Source of the DNA: a virus
Lineage: Duplodnaviria; Caudoviricetes
DNA: 52,731 nt
IMG/VR virus record: IMGVR_UViG_3300050343_000104
Span: 1-52,731 of that record
Reading direction: 5' to 3' (one strand)
Below the pieces are notes generated by a model. It searched no databases and had not been told where the DNA came from. It saw nothing but the letters and a program-made list of their open reading frames with translations. The translations under genes and the position numbers were made by a program. Below, piece by piece: positions 1-6,683 of the stretch. How positions within the stretch are numbered: position 1 is the first letter of the stretch; every line of letters begins with the position of its first letter.

Positions 1-248
1 GGAACCCAGCCAGCAACAGTATCTTCACCACAGTTAATAAATTTGTCAGTAACAAATTCACCCAGTGTATTTAATATTGCTACTTCAAAATGGCTATAGC
101 TTTCAGGTTCTAAGCCATTCTCATGGGGCGTAGAGTATAAACCATGACCTGCTTGTATACTTAGGGTTAATTTAGCTTTTGTGTTTAGCTTAGCTCCAAT
201 ACCGCCATGTAATTGCGGCACAAATTTTAAATCATTTACAGTTATCAT
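1..248 (-). CDS. hypothetical early protein (truncated by window edge)
   Basis: Hand translation from ATG at 248: MITVNDLKFVPQLHGGIGAK...FEVAILN...DTVAGWVP, open to position 1; not in the ORF track. Confidence 0.75.
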   Translation of the reverse strand, partial: MITVNDLKFVPQLHGGIGAKLNTKAKLTLSIQAGHGLYSTPHENGLEPESYSHFEVAILNTLGEFVTDKFINCGEDTVAGWV

Positions 249-307
249 ATCATTAATAGTATTAAGGTCATTATTATTATTATATTTAAAATTGAATATC
301 CGGTCAT
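245..307 (-). CDS. putative 20-aa hydrophobic micropeptide
   Basis: MTGYSILNIIIIMTLILLMI*, its TGA overlaps the next ATG (ATGA coupling). Confidence 0.4.
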   Translation of the reverse strand: MTGYSILNIIIIMTLILLMI

Positions 308-325
308 TAATTAAATCTTTTATAA

Positions 326-934
326 TTAATGGTAGATGAGTCCAATTTTGTGGTTGTCGGGACTGTACCATTTGGTTGCCCTAAGATCATACTCGCTGCT
401 ATCGTTATAGCCAGCACTGCTGAGATCACTAGCAGAGCTAAAAATTCTGGTGTGGCGGTCGTTCGTTTCATTTATTAAGTGTTTTTGTTTGCCTGAGTCA
501 CTGTATATAATATCATAGTTATCAGGTAGTTGTACTTCTTTAGTTAATTTTATCATGTTAGTGTAAGAATAGAACTTGACGTGAGGGTTGTGTATAGCAA
601 TTTGAATCCACTTATTTAAGTAAGCTCTACTATAATAATCGCCAGAGTCATGCACTCTTACAAAGTCGGGTTTCTTACGTCTGATCTCATCATTCATAGA
701 CTCAATAAATTTATCGGTCTTGCTCAACTCATATCGCTTTTCAAAAGCGGGTTGGACGTTAGACCAGATGTAAGCACCTTTCTTAGCATAACAGAACTTA
801 ACACACTCATCAGCCATAGGACAAGTAAGTTTACCTGATGCAGATTTATAAGCGGGTATACCGAAGTTCATTAGCTTAACGCCAAAGTGTTTACTAGTCT
901 TTTTGATTTTAGAATTTTGTGTAAGTAAGTTCAT
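326..934 (-). CDS. phage Gp88-like protein (radical-SAM-related, Cys cluster)
   Basis: NSKIKKT start, CPMADECVKFCYA Cys motif, FVRVHDSGDYYS and FYSYT motifs typical of the Gp88 family. Confidence 0.8.
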   Translation of the reverse strand: MNLLTQNSKIKKTSKHFGVKLMNFGIPAYKSASGKLTCPMADECVKFCYAKKGAYIWSNVQPAFEKRYELSKTDKFIESMNDEIRRKKPDFVRVHDSGDYYSRAYLNKWIQIAIHNPHVKFYSYTNMIKLTKEVQLPDNYDIIYSDSGKQKHLINETNDRHTRIFSSASDLSSAGYNDSSEYDLRATKWYSPDNHKIGLIYH

Positions 935-950
935 AGTTATTATTTTATAT

Positions 951-980
951 TATTATCTTAAGTTAAACGTATTTTGTCTG
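951..980 (-). promoter_or_regulatory. class E (early) promoter-like motif, copy 1
   Basis: Minus strand CAGACAAAATACG-N10-GATAATA, 16 nt before ATG 934. Confidence 0.8.
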
Positions 981-1223
981 TTAATCTAACAGAGTCATGT
1001 AAGCACTAGGGTTAGCCACACGAAACCAGTCAAGAGCTTTTCTAAAGTCTTTTTGTATTTCGTTACTCATTGGGATCATTTGACAACCGGTAATGAAATC
1101 ATATATTGATAATTCATTAGCATTCAGTGTTGCGCTTGAGCCGGAGAAAGGGTTAGATACATTACCGCCTTCAGTATATTGTGCGCCTCCTTTTTTTGTA
1201 AACCATTTTGGTAGATCTTTCAT
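981..1223 (-). CDS. hypothetical early protein
   Basis: 80-aa ORF tightly packed in the leftward array. Confidence 0.8.
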   Translation of the reverse strand: MKDLPKWFTKKGGAQYTEGGNVSNPFSGSSATLNANELSIYDFITGCQMIPMSNEIQKDFRKALDWFRVANPSAYMTLLD

Positions 1224-1224
1224 A

Positions 1225-1452
1225 TTATATTCTAGTAAATTTAAAGTTTAATGTTTTTAGTATTTTGTTAATAAATGCGCCAGCGGAAGGTGCTGCTCGT
1301 AGTCCTTCCCAAACAAATTTGGGTACGTCATAATACTCGTAACAGCTTGCGTTAGAGTACATTATAAATAATGTTCTAGATCGGTTGTAGTACGTCGCAT
1401 ATTGGATCGCACTAGATTCGACAATAAAGTCTTCTTTAATTATTTCACTCAT
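1225..1452 (-). CDS. KTSC domain protein
   Basis: ESSAI..ATY....RTLFI.Y.N...YEYYDVP..VWEGL.AAPSAG.FIN pattern. Confidence 0.8.
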   Translation of the reverse strand: MSEIIKEDFIVESSAIQYATYYNRSRTLFIMYSNASCYEYYDVPKFVWEGLRAAPSAGAFINKILKTLNFKFTRI

Positions 1453-1455
1453 AGG

Positions 1456-1938
1456 TTATTCGAATTGCGAAGCGCAGGTGTATAGCACTTCTTTGTTAGT
1501 ATTAGCACAGTGTGCTTTCTCATTAATATAATAGTTACGGTATGCAGCAACAGAATCGTTTTCAACTTTGTATTCATCAGGCATACATTGAGGCATGTCA
1601 GTAAGGCCAGTGTTAAAGATCGGGCCAGGTACTTGTGACAATACGTCACGACATTTAGTTATAGTAAGATGTTCTTTATTATAACGCTTTTTATATTCTT
1701 TGCCAAGAGCCATCATGTGAAAGTATAGCCAAGCATAGTTAGATCTTGATTGGCGTGTCCATACAGCAGATGGATGGTTTTTATGTGTTAACTTGTAAGG
1801 AACATCGATTTCACTGTCAAGCATTATATGTGCAGAACAAAGTAGTTGAGCGGACTCAAGGATCATTTTAACAACGTGCTTGTTGTATTGTAATTGTGCA
1901 GCACGTTCAGGGTCGGAGTTTAAATAAAATATATTCAT
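1456..1938 (-). CDS. pyrimidine-dimer DNA glycosylase / endonuclease V-like protein
   Basis: MNIFYL.SDP..AA....NKHVVKMILESAQLL, THKNHPSAVW, V.AYRNYY motifs of the phage DenV-like family. Confidence 0.75.
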   Translation of the reverse strand: MNIFYLNSDPERAAQLQYNKHVVKMILESAQLLCSAHIMLDSEIDVPYKLTHKNHPSAVWTRQSRSNYAWLYFHMMALGKEYKKRYNKEHLTITKCRDVLSQVPGPIFNTGLTDMPQCMPDEYKVENDSVAAYRNYYINEKAHCANTNKEVLYTCASQFE

Positions 1939-1943
1939 ACAGT

Positions 1944-1974
1944 TATTATCTTTAAGGTTACGTATTTAGTCTGC
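1944..1974 (-). promoter_or_regulatory. class E promoter-like motif, copy 2
   Basis: GCAGACTAAATACG-N10-GATAATA, only 5 nt before ATG 1938. Confidence 0.8.
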
Positions 1975-2514
1975 GATATTTAATTTCTCTATAGTGACAG
2001 TTATTTTATCTACCATTTTTTGATGTTTGTTTAATCCTTCATCAGTAAGTAATTGTTTGATTTCTTTAAGTAATTCAGGTACTTTAGATGGCCATTCATA
2101 GCCTTTGCTGTGGAATTCCATCTCGACATCAGCATATACATCTTCATATACTTTGTCACACATATCTTCAATAGCCTCGTCGATAATGCCCTCAGCATCA
2201 CAGTATATAGACAAACCGTTGCGTATAGCATCTTGTACTTCGTAAATGATTTGAGGAGAATGATCCTGGTAGAATATATCTTCATTCACGCATATTGAGT
2301 TAGGGTTATGTGTACATATCCATACAGAGTAGCCGTCACGTGTAGATTCTTCATACACATATAGATCTTGTTGTTCCCATCTATCGCTATAGCTTGCGCC
2401 GTAATGGTCTAGTACAAGCTGTGTGAATTCGCCGTTTTGTTCGCTAATTTGTTTTTCGCTAAAGCCAAGTTCGTGCATCGCTGCTTCAATTAATTCATCA
2501 GTTAATAGTTTCAT
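1966..2514 (-). CDS. acidic hypothetical early protein
   Basis: 182-aa ORF, TAACTATG start context. Confidence 0.8.
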   Translation of the reverse strand: MKLLTDELIEAAMHELGFSEKQISEQNGEFTQLVLDHYGASYSDRWEQQDLYVYEESTRDGYSVWICTHNPNSICVNEDIFYQDHSPQIIYEVQDAIRNGLSIYCDAEGIIDEAIEDMCDKVYEDVYADVEMEFHSKGYEWPSKVPELLKEIKQLLTDEGLNKHQKMVDKITVTIEKLNIAD

Positions 2515-2537
2515 AGTTATTATATTTAATTTTATTA

Positions 2538-2568
2538 TATTATCTTTTGTTTATCGTATTTTATCTGC
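2538..2568 (-). promoter_or_regulatory. class E promoter-like motif, copy 3
   Basis: GCAGATAAAATACG-N10-GATAATA. Confidence 0.8.
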
Positions 2569-2790
2569 AACTTGATCTAGTGCATCAAGTATATATTCGT
2601 AAATTTCTTTTTCACGTAGCTCACTGTCAAGTACCATTTCCATTTCGTCTTTAGTTACACCACCGTAGATACCAGTTTTTAACTGTTTTTTAGTATCTTC
2701 AACAGAAAACATAAGGTTTACCAGTTTGGCTTGGATCTTGTCGGTGGCCAACCAATGGGTATCAGGATTGATATTATTTTTTTCATTCAT
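2551..2790 (-). CDS. hypothetical early protein
   Basis: 79-aa ORF in array. Confidence 0.75.
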   Translation of the reverse strand: MNEKNNINPDTHWLATDKIQAKLVNLMFSVEDTKKQLKTGIYGGVTKDEMEMVLDSELREKEIYEYILDALDQVADKIR

Positions 2791-2794
2791 AGGT

Positions 2795-3067
2795 TTAGTT
2801 TAAGTTATTTAATTTATATTCACCAGATTCGATCTTAGCACGTGTTTCGTTGATACCTTCGCCATTTAAAAATAATCGTCTGTATTTACTTGTTGTATTA
2901 GAATAGTCCCAAGTATCTTCGTCTAATTGTATTTTACCGTGATATGGTTTGAATGCAATTATACTGCAATAACTTTGAAAGTATCTGCCGTCAGGTGTTG
3001 TAATTACAAATTGGTTAGGCACGTCGTTACCCGCATTACTTGTCATGTTTTTTACTTTGATTTTCAT
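2795..3067 (-). CDS. conserved phage hypothetical protein
   Basis: Likely start MKIKVKNMTS at 3067 (the longer track ORF runs into the tRNA-like element); VPNQFVI..FQSY.SIIA..WDYSNTTSKYRRLFL motifs. Confidence 0.75.
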   Translation of the reverse strand: MKIKVKNMTSNAGNDVPNQFVITTPDGRYFQSYCSIIAFKPYHGKIQLDEDTWDYSNTTSKYRRLFLNGEGINETRAKIESGEYKLNNLN

Positions 3068-3084
3068 ATTATATAGTTTAAAAT

Positions 3085-3155
3085 TAGTGGATAGTGAGGA
3101 ATCGAACCTCATACTCGTCAGCAGCACACCCGGTCGGGGCATCCATACCTATCCT
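3085..3155 (-). ncRNA. tRNA-like element (acceptor stem + T-arm, non-canonical D/anticodon region)
   Basis: Minus strand GGATAG...TGAGG-TTCGATT-CCTCA-CTATCC-A-CTA; perfect T-arm and 6-bp acceptor stem; 37-nt middle has no standard anticodon arm. Confidence 0.6.
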
Positions 3156-3412
3156 CCTCGTAGACATTTGCTAGCAGCTTAAAGAAAGCGCTCGGTTATT
3201 TATTCGCTACGATAATGTGTGGCTGGTTTCTTCTTAAGACATTTAATATACACTAATCCCAGTGAACACCACTTAATATTTTATGTACTACACAGCAATG
3301 TACATTGATCACATTTTCGCTGAACCACAAAGGGCTGTGAACTAACTAATAAATAATAAACTACAGGGTTATTTGCGTATAGCATACGCTGCCGCCCGGC
3401 CGCATTCAGTTA
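3156..3412 (-). ncRNA. putative structured RNA upstream of the tRNA-like element
   Basis: ORF-free ~260 nt with nested or adjacent stems: 3158-3163/3207-3212, 3214-3219/3310-3315, 3283-3288/3300-3305, 3320-3324/3405-3409, GCGTAT-AGC-ATACGC at 3375-3389. Confidence 0.4.
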
Positions 3413-3426
3413 AGAATTTTAATATT

Positions 3427-3618
3427 TTATTTTTCATCTTTTTCGTTTTCGGTTATTAATTTATTTACTCGTTCCATTCGGGTTTTTAAGTATTTTAAGT
3501 CGACTGGATCAATGTTATTATACTTTATAACGTCTTTATTGAGGTATTCAATTAAATGTTTAGTTGCATACATCATACAAATTAAGTTAGTATATTCTTT
3601 TGTTTTTAAGTTTATCAT
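3427..3618 (-). CDS. hypothetical early protein
   Basis: 63-aa ORF downstream of class E motif. Confidence 0.65.
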   Translation of the reverse strand: MINLKTKEYTNLICMMYATKHLIEYLNKDVIKYNNIDPVDLKYLKTRMERVNKLITENEKDEK

Positions 3619-3645
3619 AGTATTAAATTTTATTTGTTACACATT

Positions 3646-3676
3646 TATTATCTTGTAGAGTGCGTATTTTATCTGC
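3646..3676 (-). promoter_or_regulatory. class E promoter-like motif, copy 4
   Basis: GCAGATAAAATACG-N10-GATAATA. Confidence 0.8.
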
Positions 3677-3680
3677 AACT

Positions 3681-3872
3681 CTATAAATCTTTCTTGCGAA
3701 TCCAGGTTAAACCTTTATAGTTAAACCACTTGCGAACACCGTCATTATCATTGATCTCGTCGTATATATAGGCAAACTTGTTTGGTAGGTTAGCAAGATC
3801 GAAGCCAACGTGTAAGTCACCGTTTAATTTTAACTCTTTTTTAGTTCTTGAAAATTTTATAGTATTTGTCAT
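3681..3872 (-). CDS. hypothetical early protein
   Basis: Likely start MTNTIKF at 3872 (TAACTATG context) within track ORF 3681..3944. Confidence 0.7.
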   Translation of the reverse strand: MTNTIKFSRTKKELKLNGDLHVGFDLANLPNKFAYIYDEINDNDGVRKWFNYKGLTWIRKKDL

Positions 3873-3891
3873 AGTTATTAGTTTATTTGGT

Positions 3892-4233
3892 TTATAATTT
3901 ATCTCGTAAAATGTCAGAGAACGAAGTGCATACTCTACCCTCAATCATTTTTTCGGCTTCAGTGCGGACATCATTAAGTAATGTATTGTATTTACTTTCG
4001 CCATATAGTTTAAAGTATAGTTCTTTAAAGCCGCCGGATAAAACACGTTCGCCGTTTAAAAACCAATCGATTTCAGTGTCCATAGGATCGAAGGACCACT
4101 CAAGGTTGGGTTTTTCGGTTCTGAATACGTAACTATATACGGACACATGAGCGGTTATCAGCGAATCGACGTGTATAGCAACTTCAGCGTTGTAGGTAAA
4201 GGAAATGTTGTCAGTTAAGTGTGTAGTTTTCAT
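3892..4233 (-). CDS. hypothetical early protein
   Basis: 113-aa ORF, AAACTATG start. Confidence 0.75.
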   Translation of the reverse strand: MKTTHLTDNISFTYNAEVAIHVDSLITAHVSVYSYVFRTEKPNLEWSFDPMDTEIDWFLNGERVLSGGFKELYFKLYGESKYNTLLNDVRTEAEKMIEGRVCTSFSDILRDKL

Positions 4234-4236
4234 AGT

Positions 4237-4443
4237 TTATTTATTTAAAGTGTTAATTATATTTTTTATAGTTAATTCGGTTATACAATCTAGCATCTCA
4301 TAGTACTCATCGCCGTCTAGGTCGATGTTTAGATACTCTAGTTGATTGTTAATGGTGTCATACATTTGGTCTATAGTAACTTCAGCGATTTGTTGCGCTA
4401 AAATACCGGCATTGCTAGATAATTCTTGTTTAATAGTATTCAT
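4237..4443 (-). CDS. acidic hypothetical early protein
   Basis: 68-aa ORF, TAACTATG start. Confidence 0.75.
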   Translation of the reverse strand: MNTIKQELSSNAGILAQQIAEVTIDQMYDTINNQLEYLNIDLDGDEYYEMLDCITELTIKNIINTLNK

Positions 4444-4450
4444 AGTTATA

Positions 4451-4567
4451 TTAGTTGTAGTCGTTATATTCGTCCATTACATTAGACATTTGCTCTTTAG
4501 TTAGTGACCAATAGCTGATACCTGGGTATAGTCGGTCGGCGATTTTAAACATTTGTGTTGCGCTCAT
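4451..4567 (-). CDS. 38-aa early microprotein
   Basis: Hand translation MSATQMFKIADRLYPGISYWSLTKEQMSNVMDEYNDYN*, AAACTATG start, fills the gap after a promoter motif. Confidence 0.7.
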   Translation of the reverse strand: MSATQMFKIADRLYPGISYWSLTKEQMSNVMDEYNDYN

Positions 4568-4610
4568 AGTTTTATTAGTTTATAGTATTTATTATTATTA
4601 ATTTCACATT

Positions 4611-4642
4611 TATTATCTTTAGAGTTGCGTATTTATATCTGC
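4611..4642 (-). promoter_or_regulatory. class E promoter-like motif, copy 5 (one extra base)
   Basis: GCAGATATAAATACG-N10-GATAATA. Confidence 0.7.
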
Positions 4643-4644
4643 AA

Positions 4645-4977
4645 CTAGTATTTCGCTCTTATTTGGTCGGCACTACAATATGCCCACATTACTTTATTTA
4701 TAAATTCAACAGTGTTTACCGATTTTAACTCGATCGGAAAGGTGTATAGCATGGTTGCATAGAATTCCATTAGCCCTCGGTCATTCTCTGCATACTGTGA
4801 TTTGAATACATCATATTCGTCGCCTTGCATGAAATTCATACCGCATATTTTATTTTGTTCGTTATACTCTAGGTATATCCACCGATCTTGCGATTCACAC
4901 CAAAGGTGTTCTACTTTAATTACTTTAGATTCACACCAAATGTTTTCTGCTTTAATTACTTTATTATTTTTTTTCAT
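4645..4977 (-). CDS. hypothetical early protein with N-terminal 12-aa duplication
   Basis: 110-aa ORF, KVIKAENIWCES-KVIKVEHLWCES. Confidence 0.75.
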   Translation of the reverse strand: MKKNNKVIKAENIWCESKVIKVEHLWCESQDRWIYLEYNEQNKICGMNFMQGDEYDVFKSQYAENDRGLMEFYATMLYTFPIELKSVNTVEFINKVMWAYCSADQIRAKY

Positions 4978-5418
4978 AGTTTATTTAGTTCTTTAAATAG
5001 TGATTAGCTTAGGTTATAAGTGTCTTCGGTTATACAACCGTCTTGTTCAATAGCTTCAAGGTTGTCTATACCATGTGATCTAGTGCTACCAATATCACAT
5101 TCTTTTCGTAGTTACTTCACTGCATAGTTTATTTATTTTGACAGTTATTTAAGGTCGAAAGCGTATAGCAAACGTAGTCGATCGAGTTCATTATTATAGT
5201 AATGTCTCTAGTGTAATAGTAGTTACTACGTTTTGCATTATAATTAGTGCGTTTAACTTTAGTGTTAATTTGGTATAGTTTTACACCACGTCTTCTGAAG
5301 TATGGTATGATCTTTAGAGACTCACTCTAACATAACCGGATCTATAGGTGTAACCTAATCTACCGTCACTCATTTCACATTTAATTGTACCGTTTTTACT
5401 GATGTTTAATACTTTCAT
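4974..5418 (-). pseudogene. two small early genes with broken frames (starts 5418 MKVLNISKNGTIKCEMSDGR and 5125); probably sequencing indels
   Basis: Both have AACTATG start contexts and protein-like fragments in shifting frames. Confidence 0.5.
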
Positions 5419-5429
5419 AGTTATTTATT

Positions 5430-5606
5430 TTAGTTATATACTGTTTCTATTAGGTCGTGTACTAGATCTTCTTCAGACTCACCATCTTCTGGTATACAGT
5501 CAAGTTCTACAAATTCTTTAATTCTTTGTTCGATTTTTTCTCTACTTTCATAGTAAGACTCAAATTTAAAGTGGTCTACTGTGTCTTCATTCCAATTGTA
5601 CTTCAT
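5430..5606 (-). CDS. 58-aa acidic early microprotein
   Basis: MKYNWNEDTVDHFKFESYYESREKIEQRIKEFVELDCIPEDGESEEDLVHDLIETVYN*. Confidence 0.75.
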   Translation of the reverse strand: MKYNWNEDTVDHFKFESYYESREKIEQRIKEFVELDCIPEDGESEEDLVHDLIETVYN

Positions 5607-5642
5607 AGTTATTTATTTATTAGTTAATTTATTTATCACTTT

Positions 5643-5673
5643 TAATATCTTTTTATAGTCGTAATTTGTCTGC
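5643..5673 (-). promoter_or_regulatory. class E promoter-like motif, copy 6
   Basis: GCAGACAAATTACG-N10-GATATTA. Confidence 0.7.
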
Positions 5674-5678
5674 AACTC

Positions 5679-5721
5679 TATGACAACGTGTCGGTACACT
5701 ATGTCATGTCGAATTGTCATA
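5679..5721. promoter_or_regulatory. inverted repeat / TGTC cluster between divergent promoters (operator-like)
   Basis: TATGACAA(5679-5686)...TTGTCATA(5714-5721) with internal TGTCGG, TGTCAT, TGTCGA. Confidence 0.4.
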
Positions 5722-5752
5722 CCCTTTTTACTAAAATAATCTCTGATATTCA

Positions 5753-5781
5753 GTAGTTTTCACCAAAAACGTGTAATTATA
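5753..5781 (+). promoter_or_regulatory. class L (late) promoter-like motif, orphan copy with no downstream ORF
   Basis: GTAGTTTT-CACC-AAAAACGTGTAATTATA, same spacing as the three copies preceding late genes. Confidence 0.7.
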
Positions 5782-5784
5782 ATA

Positions 5785-5915
5785 GTATTTATAAAAACTC
5801 TTCTTTTAGTGTAATTTAGTTATATAGAGTTAACTTACTCACTGGTCTTATAGTGAGTCTCTGACTCTACTTTGTTAGTTTTACCTAACTAAATAGTATA
5901 TTTACACTTAAATAC
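5785..5915 (+). ncRNA. putative structured RNA (or DNA cruciform) directly downstream of the class L motif
   Basis: Five nested stems: 5785-5791/5909-5915, 5808-5814/5902-5908, 5815-5822/5886-5893, 5825-5832/5862-5869, 5837-5843/5852-5858. Confidence 0.55.
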
Positions 5916-5935
5916 CTTAGTGAGATCCGTTTTTA

Positions 5936-6094
5936 CTACATCGACCTAAATTCTTTATTGAAAAACCTAATTAGTTCGGTTGTAGTGAACTTCTTCCTCC
6001 ACTGAGTTGTCTGTTCGATCCAGTGGTACTCACCGCATTTCTCTACATTTCCGTCATTCATCCATTCTAACATTTCTTTAGTTACTTCATACAT
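5936..6094 (-). CDS. 52-aa early microprotein
   Basis: MYEVTKEMLEWMNDGNVEKCGEYHWIEQTTQWRKKFTTTELIRFFNKEFRSM*, TAACTATG start. Confidence 0.75.
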   Translation of the reverse strand: MYEVTKEMLEWMNDGNVEKCGEYHWIEQTTQWRKKFTTTELIRFFNKEFRSM

Positions 6095-6135
6095 AGTTAT
6101 TATATTTAATTATTAGTATTTTTTATATTCACTTA

Positions 6136-6166
6136 TATTATCTATTTAGGTGCGTGTTTCGTCTGC
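6136..6166 (-). promoter_or_regulatory. class E promoter-like motif, copy 7 (abuts 10-mer)
   Basis: GCAGACGAAACACG-N10-GATAATA. Confidence 0.75.
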
Positions 6167-6190
6167 GATGCTATACACAAACCGTCTGCA

Positions 6191-6250
6191 ATCGGTGAGA
6201 TTTGCCTACGGAACATAGGTATGCTATACACCCGTGGTAGATTCACCGAT
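6191..6250. other. long imperfect hairpin with the 10-mer in its loop
   Basis: ATCGGTGA(G)ATTTGCC(T)ACGG ... CCGT-GGTAGAT-TCACCGAT; G-T pairs occur on the + strand. Confidence 0.55.
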
Positions 6251-6279
6251 GTTTTGGTTAGTTAGCCGAAGCTATAAGC

Positions 6280-6597
6280 CTACTTTTTAGTAGACTTAGC
6301 TTCAGTTATAGTTGCCAGATGTCTGACAGTGCTCGGTAAGTTAGTACTTTGTGACCAGTACTTTCTTTTGATCCAGCAAGCCTGTAATTGTAGCTTAGGC
6401 AGCATTGCATTTAGTATTGTGTCATGACAGTACGTCACAGTTTGATTTTTATTGTTGATGAAAGTTATCTGTTGATTGCGGCCGAGCCAGCTTTCTCTTA
6501 CAACAAAGTTCTTTCTGGTTAGCGGTGGCCAGATCGCTGCTTTTTCTGAGTTAGACATAGTTTTTAGAGCTTTTTGCATTAATTCATTTGTAGTCAT
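6280..6597 (-). CDS. basic hypothetical early protein
   Basis: 105-aa ORF; followed by a TAGC-TTCG-GCTA tetraloop hairpin (6263-6274, minus strand). Confidence 0.8.
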   Translation of the reverse strand: MTTNELMQKALKTMSNSEKAAIWPPLTRKNFVVRESWLGRNQQITFINNKNQTVTYCHDTILNAMLPKLQLQACWIKRKYWSQSTNLPSTVRHLATITEAKSTKK

Positions 6598-6652
6598 AAT
6601 TTTAAATTTTAAGTTATTATTATTATTATTAGTTATTTACTTTATTCACTTA

Positions 6653-6683
6653 TATTATCATAAACACAACGTATTCCGTCTGC
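6653..6683 (-). promoter_or_regulatory. class E promoter-like motif, copy 8 (abuts 10-mer)
   Basis: GCAGACGGAATACG-N10-GATAATA. Confidence 0.8.

Noticed and set aside
3113-3125. Hammerhead ribozyme core (CTGACGA on the minus strand)
   Set aside because: No GAAA and stem II/III arrangement follows
3085-3155. Canonical tRNA or tmRNA
   Set aside because: No 7-bp acceptor stem, anticodon arm or G3-U70 pair, and no tag reading frame between the halves
4974-5418. Non-coding RNA in the ORF-track gap
   Set aside because: Contains two normal start contexts and frameshifted coding fragments
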